Shown one piece after another: positions 48,914 through 57,038 of a DNA stretch of 64,000 nt. The stretch is from contig MFNS01000001.1 in assembly GCA_001783805.1 (NCBI GenBank), positions 64,649 through 128,648 on the forward strand. Reading direction: 5' to 3'. This stretch comes from Candidatus Levybacteria bacterium RIFCSPHIGHO2_01_FULL_40_16. GTDB taxonomy: Bacteria > Patescibacteriota > Microgenomatia > Levybacterales > UBA12049. A program made the position numbers and the translations under genes. The notes beneath the pieces were generated by a model. That model ran no database searches. It worked only from the letters and a program-made list of their open reading frames with translations, and was not told the origin of the DNA. Position 1 is the first letter of the stretch, and every line of letters starts with the position of its first letter.

Positions 48914-50215
48914 ATGGACTCATCCAACTTAATGGATAAAATTACCGCGCTTTGCAAAAGACGGGGAATAATATTCCCGGGAAGTGAATTGTACGGCGGA
49001 TTAAACGGAACATGGGATTTGGGGCCAATAGGAACACTAATAGCAAATAACATTAAAAATGAATGGCTAGGAAACATGCTTTCTCGAGGAAATATAGTTC
49101 CTCTGGATTCCTCAATATTGCATGCAGCTCGTGTCTGGGAAGCATCAGGCCATGTGACATCATTTACTGATCCATTGGTTGAATGTAAAATCTGCCATGA
49201 AAGATTTAGGGCGGATCATGAAGGTCAAATTAAAGAACACGAGAAGACTCACGACAAGCATTCCTGGACAGAAGTAAAATCATTTAATCTGATGTTTAAA
49301 ACATTTGTCGGGCCAATTGATGATGAGAAAAACAAGACTTATCTCCGACCCGAAACTGCGCAGGGAATTTTTATTAATTTTAAAAATGTTATTGATTCAA
49401 CAAGAATAAATATTCCTTTTGGAATTGCACAAATCGGTAAAGGATTTAGAAACGAAATTACAACCGGCAATTTCTTATTTCGTGTTCGCGAATTTGAACT
49501 GATGGAGCTGGAGTTTTTTGTAAAGCCGACTGAAAGCGCAAGGTGGTATGAATATTGGAAAAAGGAACGCCTGAATTGGTATTTGTCACTTGGTATTAGA
49601 AAAGAAAACGTAAAGTTAGCTGACCTACCAAAGAAAGACATTGCTCATTACTCTAAAGGAACTTCGGAAATCTGGTATAAATGGCCATTTATGGGATTTG
49701 GAGAATTAGAGGGTATTGCAAATCGAGGTGATTATGATTTATCACAACATTCGAAATATTCCGGGAAAGACCTTTCGTATTTTGATGAAAAAACAAAAGA
49801 AAAATATTTGCCATACGTGATTGAACCATCTGTTGGTATAGGACGAGCAATGCTTGCGTTTCTACTTGACGCTTTCCATGAAGAAAAAAAAAGAATTGTT
49901 TTGAAGCTTCATCCGAAACTTGCCCCTTATAAAGTTGCGGTATTTCCGCTATTAGCCAATAAACCTGAACTTGTTAAAAAAGCGGAAGGAATTTGCAAGG
50001 GCTTAATGAAAAGTTTTGTCACGGTTTATGATGGACGCGGAAATATCGGCAAACGTTATTTTGCCCAGGATGAAATCGGAACGCCGTTTTGCATTACCGT
50101 TGATTTTGAAACCTTGGAAAACGATACGGTGACAATCCGGATTCGGGACACCATGAAACAGGAAAGAGTAAGAGTGCCTGACCTCGTAAGCCTCATCAGT
50201 CGTAAAATTATCTAA
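48914..50215 (+). CDS. glyQS: glycine--tRNA ligase (alpha2 type)
   Basis: RRGIIFPGSELYGGLNGTWDLGPIGTLI... class II motifs. 433 aa. Confidence 0.75.
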   Translation: MDSSNLMDKITALCKRRGIIFPGSELYGGLNGTWDLGPIGTLIANNIKNEWLGNMLSRGNIVPLDSSILHAARVWEASGHVTSFTDPLVECKICHERFRADHEGQIKEHEKTHDKHSWTEVKSFNLMFKTFVGPIDDEKNKTYLRPETAQGIFINFKNVIDSTRINIPFGIAQIGKGFRNEITTGNFLFRVREFELMELEFFVKPTESARWYEYWKKERLNWYLSLGIRKENVKLADLPKKDIAHYSKGTSEIWYKWPFMGFGELEGIANRGDYDLSQHSKYSGKDLSYFDEKTKEKYLPYVIEPSVGIGRAMLAFLLDAFHEEKKRIVLKLHPKLAPYKVAVFPLLANKPELVKKAEGICKGLMKSFVTVYDGRGNIGKRYFAQDEIGTPFCITVDFETLENDTVTIRIRDTMKQERVRVPDLVSLISRKII

Positions 50216-50223
50216 TCTGCCAT

Positions 50224-50251
50224 CTTGACAAAATCCTGACAATTTGTAGAA
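50224..50251 (+). promoter_or_regulatory. sigma70-like promoter TTGACA-N16-TAGAAT upstream of purF
   Basis: Hexamers at 50224–50229 and 50246–50251. A second TAGAAT lies at 50266–50271. Confidence 0.4.
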
Positions 50252-50281
50252 TAAGATTGGCATTACATAGAATTTGTTTGG

Positions 50282-51769
50282 ATGGCTAATTTGGAATTAT
50301 CCCCTCATTGTCCAGAGATTAAGGGAGTTCAGGACGAATGTGCCGTTGTTGGCGTTTTTTCAACAATATCTAAGCCTGTTGCAGAAATTGCATTGGAAGG
50401 TTTGATAGAACTTAATCACCGTGGTCAGGAAAGCTCCGGAATTGCGATTGTAGGCGAGAATGGGATTCAAGTAGTTAAAGATTCGGGACTCGCCGAAATT
50501 GTATTTAAAATAAAGCACAATTTGCCTGATACTCCTGGCGCTTCTGTTGCGGTTGGGCATGATAGGTATTCCACCTCGGGATCCCTAAGCGATATGCAGC
50601 CGTTTAGCGACGGCAATATTGCGTTTGCTCATAACGGAAATTTGACCAATATTAAACAGCTTAAGGCTCGGTTTAATTTACCTGATGAAATTGATGGGGC
50701 AAAAAGCGATACCAGAATGGCCTTAGCAGTAATAAATAGCCTGCGGGGAACCGAAAAAGAAAGAATATTGCAGACATTACCCCTATTTGAGGGGTCATAT
50801 TGCTTTGTATTCGGAACCAAAGATTCCTTATATGCGAGTAGAGACCCAAGGGGATTTAAACCCCTTGTGATTGGGAAGATTAAGGATGATGGATATGTTG
50901 TTGCATCAGAAACGGCGGCATTGCGTTCAATGGGAGCAAGTTTTCTTCGTGAAGTTGAAGCGGGAGAAACGATTCAGATAGATAAATATGGTCTAAAAAC
51001 CATAGCTTTTGCCGGTAAAAACGAAAAACTTTCCAGATGCATCTTTGAACTTGTTTATTTTTCAAGGCCGGATAGTGTTGTGTTTGGTATTCCCGTAATG
51101 GAATTTAGAAAAAGACAAGGTGAGATACTCGCAAGACATCTTCCTGATGTTGATGTTGTGTCATCAGTGCCAAGATCAGGAATTGGAGCTGCACTTGGAG
51201 TTGTAACTGCAGAAATAGCAAGAATATCCAGAATAACTCCAATTCCTGTTGAGGCTTTTTACCCAAATCCATATCGGAATGTTGCGGAAAACGGTCCTAG
51301 AACTTTTATATTGCCAAATGGCAGAGATAAGGCAGCCACACAAAAATATTCAGTTATAGAAACAAGCGTCAAAGGCAAAAGAATTCTTTTAGTTGATGAC
51401 TCAATAGTTAGGGGATCGATGAGGAGGATAGTTCAGATATTAAGATCTCATGGTGCTATTGAAGTACATGCCTTAATAGCTTCCCCTTCACTTAGGAACT
51501 CATGTTATTATGGGGCAGATTTTGGCGATGGGGAACTTCTTGCGCATGAGATTCCGGATCTTGAAGAAAGAAGAAGGTATCTTGGTCTTGACAGCCTTTA
51601 TCACTTGAGTTATGCTGAGTTATTAGAAGCTGTTTTGGGAAATCCGGTTGAGAATGTTGCGGAATCATTTGAAAAAAATGGTTTTTGCGGCGCTTGCTTT
51701 ACAGGTAAGTATCCAACATCTACCGGCGGAGAAATAAATAAAAAGGAAGTTCAAATCTGTGAAAAATAA
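50282..51769 (+). CDS. purF: amidophosphoribosyltransferase
   Basis: Propeptide then CAVVGVF (Ntn Cys), then ...RGQESSGIA..., the PRTase motif LVDDSIVRGSM, and C-terminal Cys ligands (FCGACFTGKYP). Confidence 0.7.
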   Translation: MANLELSPHCPEIKGVQDECAVVGVFSTISKPVAEIALEGLIELNHRGQESSGIAIVGENGIQVVKDSGLAEIVFKIKHNLPDTPGASVAVGHDRYSTSGSLSDMQPFSDGNIAFAHNGNLTNIKQLKARFNLPDEIDGAKSDTRMALAVINSLRGTEKERILQTLPLFEGSYCFVFGTKDSLYASRDPRGFKPLVIGKIKDDGYVVASETAALRSMGASFLREVEAGETIQIDKYGLKTIAFAGKNEKLSRCIFELVYFSRPDSVVFGIPVMEFRKRQGEILARHLPDVDVVSSVPRSGIGAALGVVTAEIARISRITPIPVEAFYPNPYRNVAENGPRTFILPNGRDKAATQKYSVIETSVKGKRILLVDDSIVRGSMRRIVQILRSHGAIEVHALIASPSLRNSCYYGADFGDGELLAHEIPDLEERRRYLGLDSLYHLSYAELLEAVLGNPVENVAESFEKNGFCGACFTGKYPTSTGGEINKKEVQICEK

Positions 51770-52211
51770 GAAAATAATTACATTTTTAGTGGTTGGGGTA
51801 ATTGTTTTGCTTGTTGGCGGATTCTTGGTTTTATCCGATAAGAAAGCTCCCGCTCCGATTATTCAAATTCCCCCCGAAGAAATAATTTCGATGATGAAGC
51901 CTGAAGAAATAGGATTGACACTAACGGCATCCAGTGACAATAAAAAAGTAATTCTTGAAGTTGAAAACACAAACGGCATAACGGGTCTTGATTATGAATT
52001 GTCTTATACGTCCAAAGGTAATATTCCCCGCGGAGTTATCGGACATATTGACATCAAACAAGCCGGGAGAAAGATTCTGCAGGAAATTACTCTGGGGACA
52101 TGCTCAGATGTTTGTCATTATGATGAAGGCGTTTCCAATATAAAATTAATCTTAAAAGTTGCAAAAACGGATGGAACAGTCGGCCAAGTCGAAAAATCCC
52201 TCGAACTTTAG
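51759..52211 (+). CDS. hypothetical membrane-anchored small protein
   Basis: 150 aa with a GTG start overlapping the purF end, an N-terminal TM helix and then a soluble domain. No recognisable family. Confidence 0.3.
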   Translation: MKNKKIITFLVVGVIVLLVGGFLVLSDKKAPAPIIQIPPEEIISMMKPEEIGLTLTASSDNKKVILEVENTNGITGLDYELSYTSKGNIPRGVIGHIDIKQAGRKILQEITLGTCSDVCHYDEGVSNIKLILKVAKTDGTVGQVEKSLEL

Positions 52212-52214
52212 TAT

Positions 52215-52256
52215 TAACTTCTAACTTCTAACTGCTAATGACTAACTTTTAACAAC
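52215..52256. repeat. intergenic heptamer array TAACTTC-like x6 (stops in all three frames)
   Basis: The six units are taacttc taacttc taactgc taatgac taacttt taacaac. The array begins 4 nt after the stop of the upstream gene. Confidence 0.7.
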
Positions 52257-52307
52257 TACATCTTGCGTAATTCTACTTTGTAGAACACTATTGTGGTCAT
52301 TTCCCTA

Positions 52308-52336
52308 TTGACATAGTCAATAAATCGTACCAAAAT
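52308..52336 (+). promoter_or_regulatory. candidate sigma70-like Pmra promoter (TTGACA-N17-CAAAAT)
   Basis: TTGACA at 52308–52313 with a weak -10 at 52331–52336. The predicted TSS falls in the first GTGGG box. Confidence 0.3.
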
Positions 52337-52340
52337 GGAA

Positions 52341-52370
52341 TAAAGTGGGTCAAAGTGGGAAAAGGTGGGA
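52341..52370 (+). promoter_or_regulatory. MraZ operator: three GTGGG direct repeats at exact 10-bp spacing
   Basis: AAAGTGGGTC AAAGTGGGAA AAGGTGGGAC (GTGGG at 52345, 52355 and 52365). This matches the known MraZ binding-site architecture upstream of mraZ. Confidence 0.65.
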
Positions 52371-52488
52371 CGGACTGAGCATTGCGAAGGAGTCCGCTTG
52401 CGAGCAGCAGCGAGACAAGGGCGGCATGCTCAACAGAAAGGCAGGCCCGCCTAAAATATAAAAAATTTTAGCGGCGGGTAAATTAAAA
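52371..52488 (+). promoter_or_regulatory. GC-rich structured 5' leader of mraZ (candidate cis-regulatory RNA)
   Basis: About 100 nt of locally high GC in a 35%-GC genome. Stems: ggact..agtcc and tgagcat..atgctca. A 12-bp hairpin, cccgcctaaaat[ataaaaa]attttagcggcggg, ends 18 nt before the mraZ ATG. Confidence 0.35.
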
Positions 52489-52929
52489 ATGTTATTAGGG
52501 CAATATGAAGGCAAAGTCGGAGAGAAGAGCAGAATAGCTCTTCCTAAAAAATTAAGAGAAATTATCGGAGAAAAGTTAATAATAACTTTAGGATATGAAA
52601 ACTCGCTTATTCTCGTATCGGAAGCAGGTTGGAAGGCACTTCTTGAGGGAACAGAAGGTAGACCGTTTATTGAAAAACCAGCCCGGGAGATCCAGCGTTA
52701 CCTTCTTGGAGGAGCAACCAACATTTCGCTTGATTCTAAAGGAAGGTTTATTATACCTGACTACTTGCGACGCTTTGCAAAGATTAAAGGAAAAGTTGTA
52801 TTCCTAGGATTGTCGCGGTATGTTGAGCTGTGGGATATGGAACTTTGGGAAGAGTACCGCCAGAACCTTGAAAAAAACATTGATAAGATTTCGGAAAAAC
52901 TTATTAATAAGGAAGACACGAAAAAATGA
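52489..52929 (+). CDS. mraZ: transcriptional regulator MraZ
   Basis: Two SpoVT/AbrB-like halves (...KSRIALPKKLRE... and ...DSKGRFIIPDYLR...). 146 aa. Confidence 0.8.
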   Translation: MLLGQYEGKVGEKSRIALPKKLREIIGEKLIITLGYENSLILVSEAGWKALLEGTEGRPFIEKPAREIQRYLLGGATNISLDSKGRFIIPDYLRRFAKIKGKVVFLGLSRYVELWDMELWEEYRQNLEKNIDKISEKLINKEDTKK

Positions 52930-53798
52930 GTGACTTTCATGAGGGTGTACTTTTAAAAGAAACAATAGCCGGATTAAAAGTTGAGAAAAACAAAAAGTAC
53001 ATTGACGCAACATTGGGAGGGGGAGGACACACGGGTGAGATTTTGAAGCATGGGGGGATCGTTTTGGGCTTGGATGTTGATGAGGATGCGCTTGCGTACG
53101 TTGATAAAAATTTCAAATTTCAAATTTCAAATTTCAAATTGACGCTGGCGAGAGGAAATTTTAGAGATATAGATAGAATTGCACTTTTAAATAATTTTGC
53201 TCCGCCGGCTGGCGGAGTGGCCGGAATAATTTTTGACCTTGGTGTTTCCGGCTATCAGATAGATAATCCCGCGCGCGGATTCAGTTTCCAGTATGAGGGC
53301 CCGCTGGATATGAGAATGGACCAGGATTTGGGAGTAAGGGCCCTAGATTTAATCAAGATTCTGACGAAAGGAGAGCTCTATGAAATATTTACTAGATTTG
53401 GTGAAGAGAACCATGCTTGGGAGATTGCTAACGCTATTGTTAGGGCCCGTAGCGTAAAAGCAATTGCAACAACCAGGGATCTGGCGAAAATAATTTTTCC
53501 AATAGCCGGGCAAAGTAAAAGAGTCTTTCAAGCACTTAGAATCGCAGTGAACGACGAGCTAGATGCAATTACGCAAGCCCTACCGAAAGCTTTAAAGCTT
53601 TTAGAGAAAAATGGAAGATTATGCGTAATTTCGTTTCATTCTCTGGAAGACAGAATCATCAAAAGAAAATTTTTGGAATTTGAAGAGAAAAATTTGGGAA
53701 AAATTATTACGGAAAAACCAATTGTTACGACAAACGAAGAAATCGAAAAGAATAAAAGAGCAAGAAGTGCAAAATTAAGAATATTTGAAAAAACTTAA
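52926..53798 (+). CDS. rsmH: 16S rRNA (cytosine1402-N4)-methyltransferase RsmH
   Basis: HEGVLLKETI...DATLGGGGHT...DLGVSGYQID...FHSLEDR. Contains an AAATTTC x4 heptamer array in a variable region. Confidence 0.8.
   Translation: MSDFHEGVLLKETIAGLKVEKNKKYIDATLGGGGHTGEILKHGGIVLGLDVDEDALAYVDKNFKFQISNFKLTLARGNFRDIDRIALLNNFAPPAGGVAGIIFDLGVSGYQIDNPARGFSFQYEGPLDMRMDQDLGVRALDLIKILTKGELYEIFTRFGEENHAWEIANAIVRARSVKAIATTRDLAKIIFPIAGQSKRVFQALRIAVNDELDAITQALPKALKLLEKNGRLCVISFHSLEDRIIKRKFLEFEEKNLGKIITEKPIVTTNEEIEKNKRARSAKLRIFEKT
53108..53140 (+). repeat. heptamer array AAATTTC x4.7 inside rsmH
   Basis: 33 nt, in frame (NFKFQISNFKL). Replaces a non-conserved surface segment. Confidence 0.8.
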
Positions 53799-53818
53799 CC
53801 CCGTGTGACGGGGCAAAT

Positions 53819-54103
53819 ATGAAAAAACCTTATCTTATAATTACAATTTTATTGGGATTAGTCATAGTTCTATCTATAACTAGAGCATTCCTGCATAATA
53901 TGCTGTCTACGTCCGGAATTTTCGTAAGCCGTGCCGAACAGGAAATAAATTTCTATAAAACGCAGAATGCTATTCTAGCAGAAGAGCTCTTGACAGAGTC
54001 CTCCTTGACGAATACCATTGAGAAAGCAAGGGAGTCAGGATTTACCGACGAAAACACCCTAATGGTTATTAAAACATCAAGACCTTTGGCAGTCAGACCA
54101 TGA
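53819..54103 (+). CDS. ftsL: cell division protein FtsL-like
   Basis: 94 aa, single TM plus a coiled-coil. Sits between rsmH and ftsI. Confidence 0.5.
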   Translation: MKKPYLIITILLGLVIVLSITRAFLHNMLSTSGIFVSRAEQEINFYKTQNAILAEELLTESSLTNTIEKARESGFTDENTLMVIKTSRPLAVRP

Positions 54104-55779
54104 AGTGGCGCTATTCTTTTGTCTTTTCAATCCTCGTCCTATTATTTGTTCTAATTATTGGACGTTTGTTTTATTGGCAGGTGGTAAAAGCAGAAATGCT
54201 TTCCGAACTGGCCATATCACAATATAGCGGTTCGATAAAAATCATGCCCAAAAGGGGTACAATCAAAACATCCGATGGTTTTCCAATAGCAACCAATAAA
54301 GTTTCCTATTCTCTGTTTGTTAATCCGACAGAAATTAAAGACAAAAACCAAACAATTCTGACGCTTTCCTCTCTTCTGGATGTCACTAAAGCTTCTATCA
54401 GCGCTTCATTATTGCCGGATAGATTTTGGGTTCCCATAAGATCAGGAATTGAGGCAAAAGAAAAAGAAAGAATAGAAGAAATGCAGATTCCGGGAGTCGG
54501 ATTTGAAGAGCGTTATACGCGTTTTTATCCGGAAGCATCTGTTGCGGCGCAGCTTCTGGGATTTGTCGGTAAAAATGATGCGGGAGAGAATAAGGGCTAT
54601 GTGGGACTTGAAGGATTTTATGACAGGTTTTTAATGGGCAAAGAAGGATATGTGGTTCAGTTTAGCGATGCCTTGGGACGGCCGATTATACCCAGAAAAA
54701 CCTCAATGCTTGGCGGTTCGGACGGAGGCAATCTTAGGCTGAGTTTGGATAGGTCAATACAATTTCTGGCGGAACAAAAACTTAAAGCAGGCATAGAAAG
54801 ATACGGCGCGGCCGGCGGAATGATCGGAATAATGGATCCACAAACCGGAGATATTCTGGCAATGGCTTCCAGTCCATCCTTTTCACAAGCTCAATATTGG
54901 AAATATGACGAAAGTTTGTACAAAAACCCTTTTATTACCAATACATATGAACCTGGCTCTACTCTCAAACCAATTATAATGGCCTCGGCCTTAGATGCGG
55001 GAATCATTACGCCTCAAACAATCTGCAATATTTGCGCCGGTCCGGTGTCGGTGAGCGGATACGAATTGCATACTTGGAATGATAAGTATTACAAAGATAG
55101 CAATATGATCGAAGTTATTCAGCATTCGGATAATATCGGCATGGTTTTCGTTGCGTTGAAGCTGGGATCGGACAAGATGATATCGTATCTCACGAAATTT
55201 GGCATGGGCAAATCAACCGGCATTGACTTGCAAGGTGAAACTGTACCGTCTCTGAAGCCAAGAAGTGCCTGGTATGACGTTGATTTGGCGACTACCGGAT
55301 TTGGCCAGGGAATTTCCGTAACTCCGATTGAACTTTTGACTGCTTTTTCCGCTTTGGCAAATGAGGGAAAAATTATGAAGCCCCATGTGGTAACCGCATT
55401 TGAAAATTCAAACGGAGAAGTGTTCAAAGTGCCTGCCAAGGTTGCCAGCACGCCTATCTCTGCAAAAACCGCCAAGATTATGGCGGAAATTCTGGTAAAT
55501 GCCGTTGAAAAAGGAGAGGCGCAATGGACCAAACTTAAAGGCTACCGGATTGCAGGGAAAACCGGCACCGCATCGATTCCAGTAAAAGGACATTATGATC
55601 CCAGTAGTACAATTGCCTCATTTATTGGTTTTGCTCCTGTTGATAAGCCCAAATTTGTCATGCTGGTGATTTTGGAAAAACCAACCAGTTCTATTTATGC
55701 CGCAGAAACAGCGGCTCCGGTATTTTTTGATGTAGCGGGCAATTTATTAAATTACTACGGAATTCCCCCCTCAGAGTGA
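54100..55779 (+). CDS. ftsI: penicillin-binding protein (FtsI/PBP2-type transpeptidase)
   Basis: N-terminal TM, SxxK (GSTLKP), SDN (HSDNIG) and KTGT (AGKTGTA) motifs. Confidence 0.8.
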   Translation: MKWRYSFVFSILVLLFVLIIGRLFYWQVVKAEMLSELAISQYSGSIKIMPKRGTIKTSDGFPIATNKVSYSLFVNPTEIKDKNQTILTLSSLLDVTKASISASLLPDRFWVPIRSGIEAKEKERIEEMQIPGVGFEERYTRFYPEASVAAQLLGFVGKNDAGENKGYVGLEGFYDRFLMGKEGYVVQFSDALGRPIIPRKTSMLGGSDGGNLRLSLDRSIQFLAEQKLKAGIERYGAAGGMIGIMDPQTGDILAMASSPSFSQAQYWKYDESLYKNPFITNTYEPGSTLKPIIMASALDAGIITPQTICNICAGPVSVSGYELHTWNDKYYKDSNMIEVIQHSDNIGMVFVALKLGSDKMISYLTKFGMGKSTGIDLQGETVPSLKPRSAWYDVDLATTGFGQGISVTPIELLTAFSALANEGKIMKPHVVTAFENSNGEVFKVPAKVASTPISAKTAKIMAEILVNAVEKGEAQWTKLKGYRIAGKTGTASIPVKGHYDPSSTIASFIGFAPVDKPKFVMLVILEKPTSSIYAAETAAPVFFDVAGNLLNYYGIPPSE

Positions 55780-55793
55780 TATAATATAAAACT

Positions 55794-57029
55794 ATGTGGC
55801 AGAGAACAAAGAATCTTTATCATCTCGGTATTGCGATCATTTCCAATGCCTGGTTTAAATTTCCTTCAAGAAAGTTGACCATAATTGGCGTAACCGGAAC
55901 GGATGGAAAAACGACGACAACCAGCCTTATCTATCACGTTTTACATACTGCCGGTTTGAATACTTCAATGGTGAGCTCAATCGGGGCAGTAATCAACGGA
56001 AAAAACTTTGATGTAGGCTTTCACGTCACCACCCCCTCCTCTTTTGCCCTGCAGAGATTCTTACAAAAAGCTTCCAAGGAGAGCCCTTCCTCTGGCGCCA
56101 CCCCTCGAAATTTCTTAGTTCTGGAAACTACATCCCACGCTTTGGATCAGTACCGGGTTTTTGGGATTAAATTCGCTGTCGGAGTATTAACGAATGTTAC
56201 CCATGAACACTTGGACTATCACAAAACCTATGAAAATTACGTTAAAACAAAGGCAAAGTTGCTCAAGATGTCCAGAATTGCAGTTGTGAATAAAGATGAC
56301 CAGTCATATCGCTTGATAAATTCGAAATTCGAAATTCGAAATTCGAAATTAGTAACCTATGGGTTGGGAAAAGATTCGGATATAAATCCGAAAACATTTC
56401 CTTTTAAAACAAATTTAATCGGTGATTACAACAAATATAATATTTTGGCCGCAATAAGTGCTTGCAGAGCGCTTGGAGTAAAGGATGAGGCAATAAGGAA
56501 GGGAATTGAAAGTTTTGTGGCGCCACTTGGCAGGGGAGACATTGTTTATCCAACGGCTGCCTTAGGGCAAGCTGATTTTACGGTGATGATTGATTTTGCT
56601 CACACTCCGAATGCAATTGATCAAGTTTTAAAATCGGTTAGGCCGATTGTTGAAGGCAAAATTATTCATGTTTTCGGTTCTGCCGGAGCAAGAGATGTGA
56701 CAAAAAGACCGTTAATGGGAGAAATGTCCTCCAAATACGCGGACATAATTATTCTGACAGCCGAAGATCCAAGAAAAGAAAATGTTGAAAAGATTATGAA
56801 CGGGATAGCCGGAGGAATTCAGAATTCGGAATTAAGGATTAAGAATGGAACATTGTTTAAAATTCCAGACCGGAAAGAGGCAATTAAAACCGGAATTAAA
56901 CTGGCTAAGAAAGGTGATTTTGTCATTATTACCGGAAAATCGCACGAAAGATCTATGAATTACGGACACGGAGAGGTCGCATGGGACGAATATGGAGTTG
57001 TTAGAAGAGTATTAAGGATTAATGATTAA
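55794..57029 (+). CDS. murE: UDP-MurNAc-L-Ala-D-Glu:diamino-acid ligase MurE (lacks canonical N-terminal domain)
   Basis: IIGVTGTDGKTTTTS P-loop, VVNKDD, EDPR and ITGKSHE. Only 411 aa. Contains an AAATTCG x4 array. Confidence 0.7.
   Translation: MWQRTKNLYHLGIAIISNAWFKFPSRKLTIIGVTGTDGKTTTTSLIYHVLHTAGLNTSMVSSIGAVINGKNFDVGFHVTTPSSFALQRFLQKASKESPSSGATPRNFLVLETTSHALDQYRVFGIKFAVGVLTNVTHEHLDYHKTYENYVKTKAKLLKMSRIAVVNKDDQSYRLINSKFEIRNSKLVTYGLGKDSDINPKTFPFKTNLIGDYNKYNILAAISACRALGVKDEAIRKGIESFVAPLGRGDIVYPTAALGQADFTVMIDFAHTPNAIDQVLKSVRPIVEGKIIHVFGSAGARDVTKRPLMGEMSSKYADIIILTAEDPRKENVEKIMNGIAGGIQNSELRIKNGTLFKIPDRKEAIKTGIKLAKKGDFVIITGKSHERSMNYGHGEVAWDEYGVVRRVLRIND
56318..56350 (+). repeat. heptamer array AAATTCG x4.7 inside murE
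   Basis: 33 nt, in frame (NSKFEIRNSKL). Lies between the NxDD motif and the ...TYG strand. Confidence 0.8.
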
Positions 57030-57038
57030 GGATTAATG
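57011..57038 (+). repeat. perfect 2 x 14-nt (4 x ATTAA[G/T]G heptamer) tandem repeat spanning the murE stop and murC RBS/start
   Basis: attaaggattaatg attaaggattaatg. Copy 1 encodes the murE C-terminus (LRIND) and copy 2 supplies the murE TAA stop and the murC ATG. Confidence 0.8.

Noticed and set aside
52371-52470. SRP (4.5S) RNA in the GC-rich mraZ leader
   Set aside because: There is only a loose resemblance (AGCAGC, GNRA-like GCGAAG). The conserved domain IV symmetric/asymmetric loop pattern could not be aligned, and its position directly between the MraZ operator and the mraZ start favours a leader element.
32451-56350. Heptamer arrays as classical phase-variation switches
   Set aside because: A 7-nt unit change would frameshift, but the arrays also occur in essential murE and rsmH and all are currently in frame. 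A length-neutral linker-variation or mutational-process explanation fits better, though copy-number polymorphism should still be tested.
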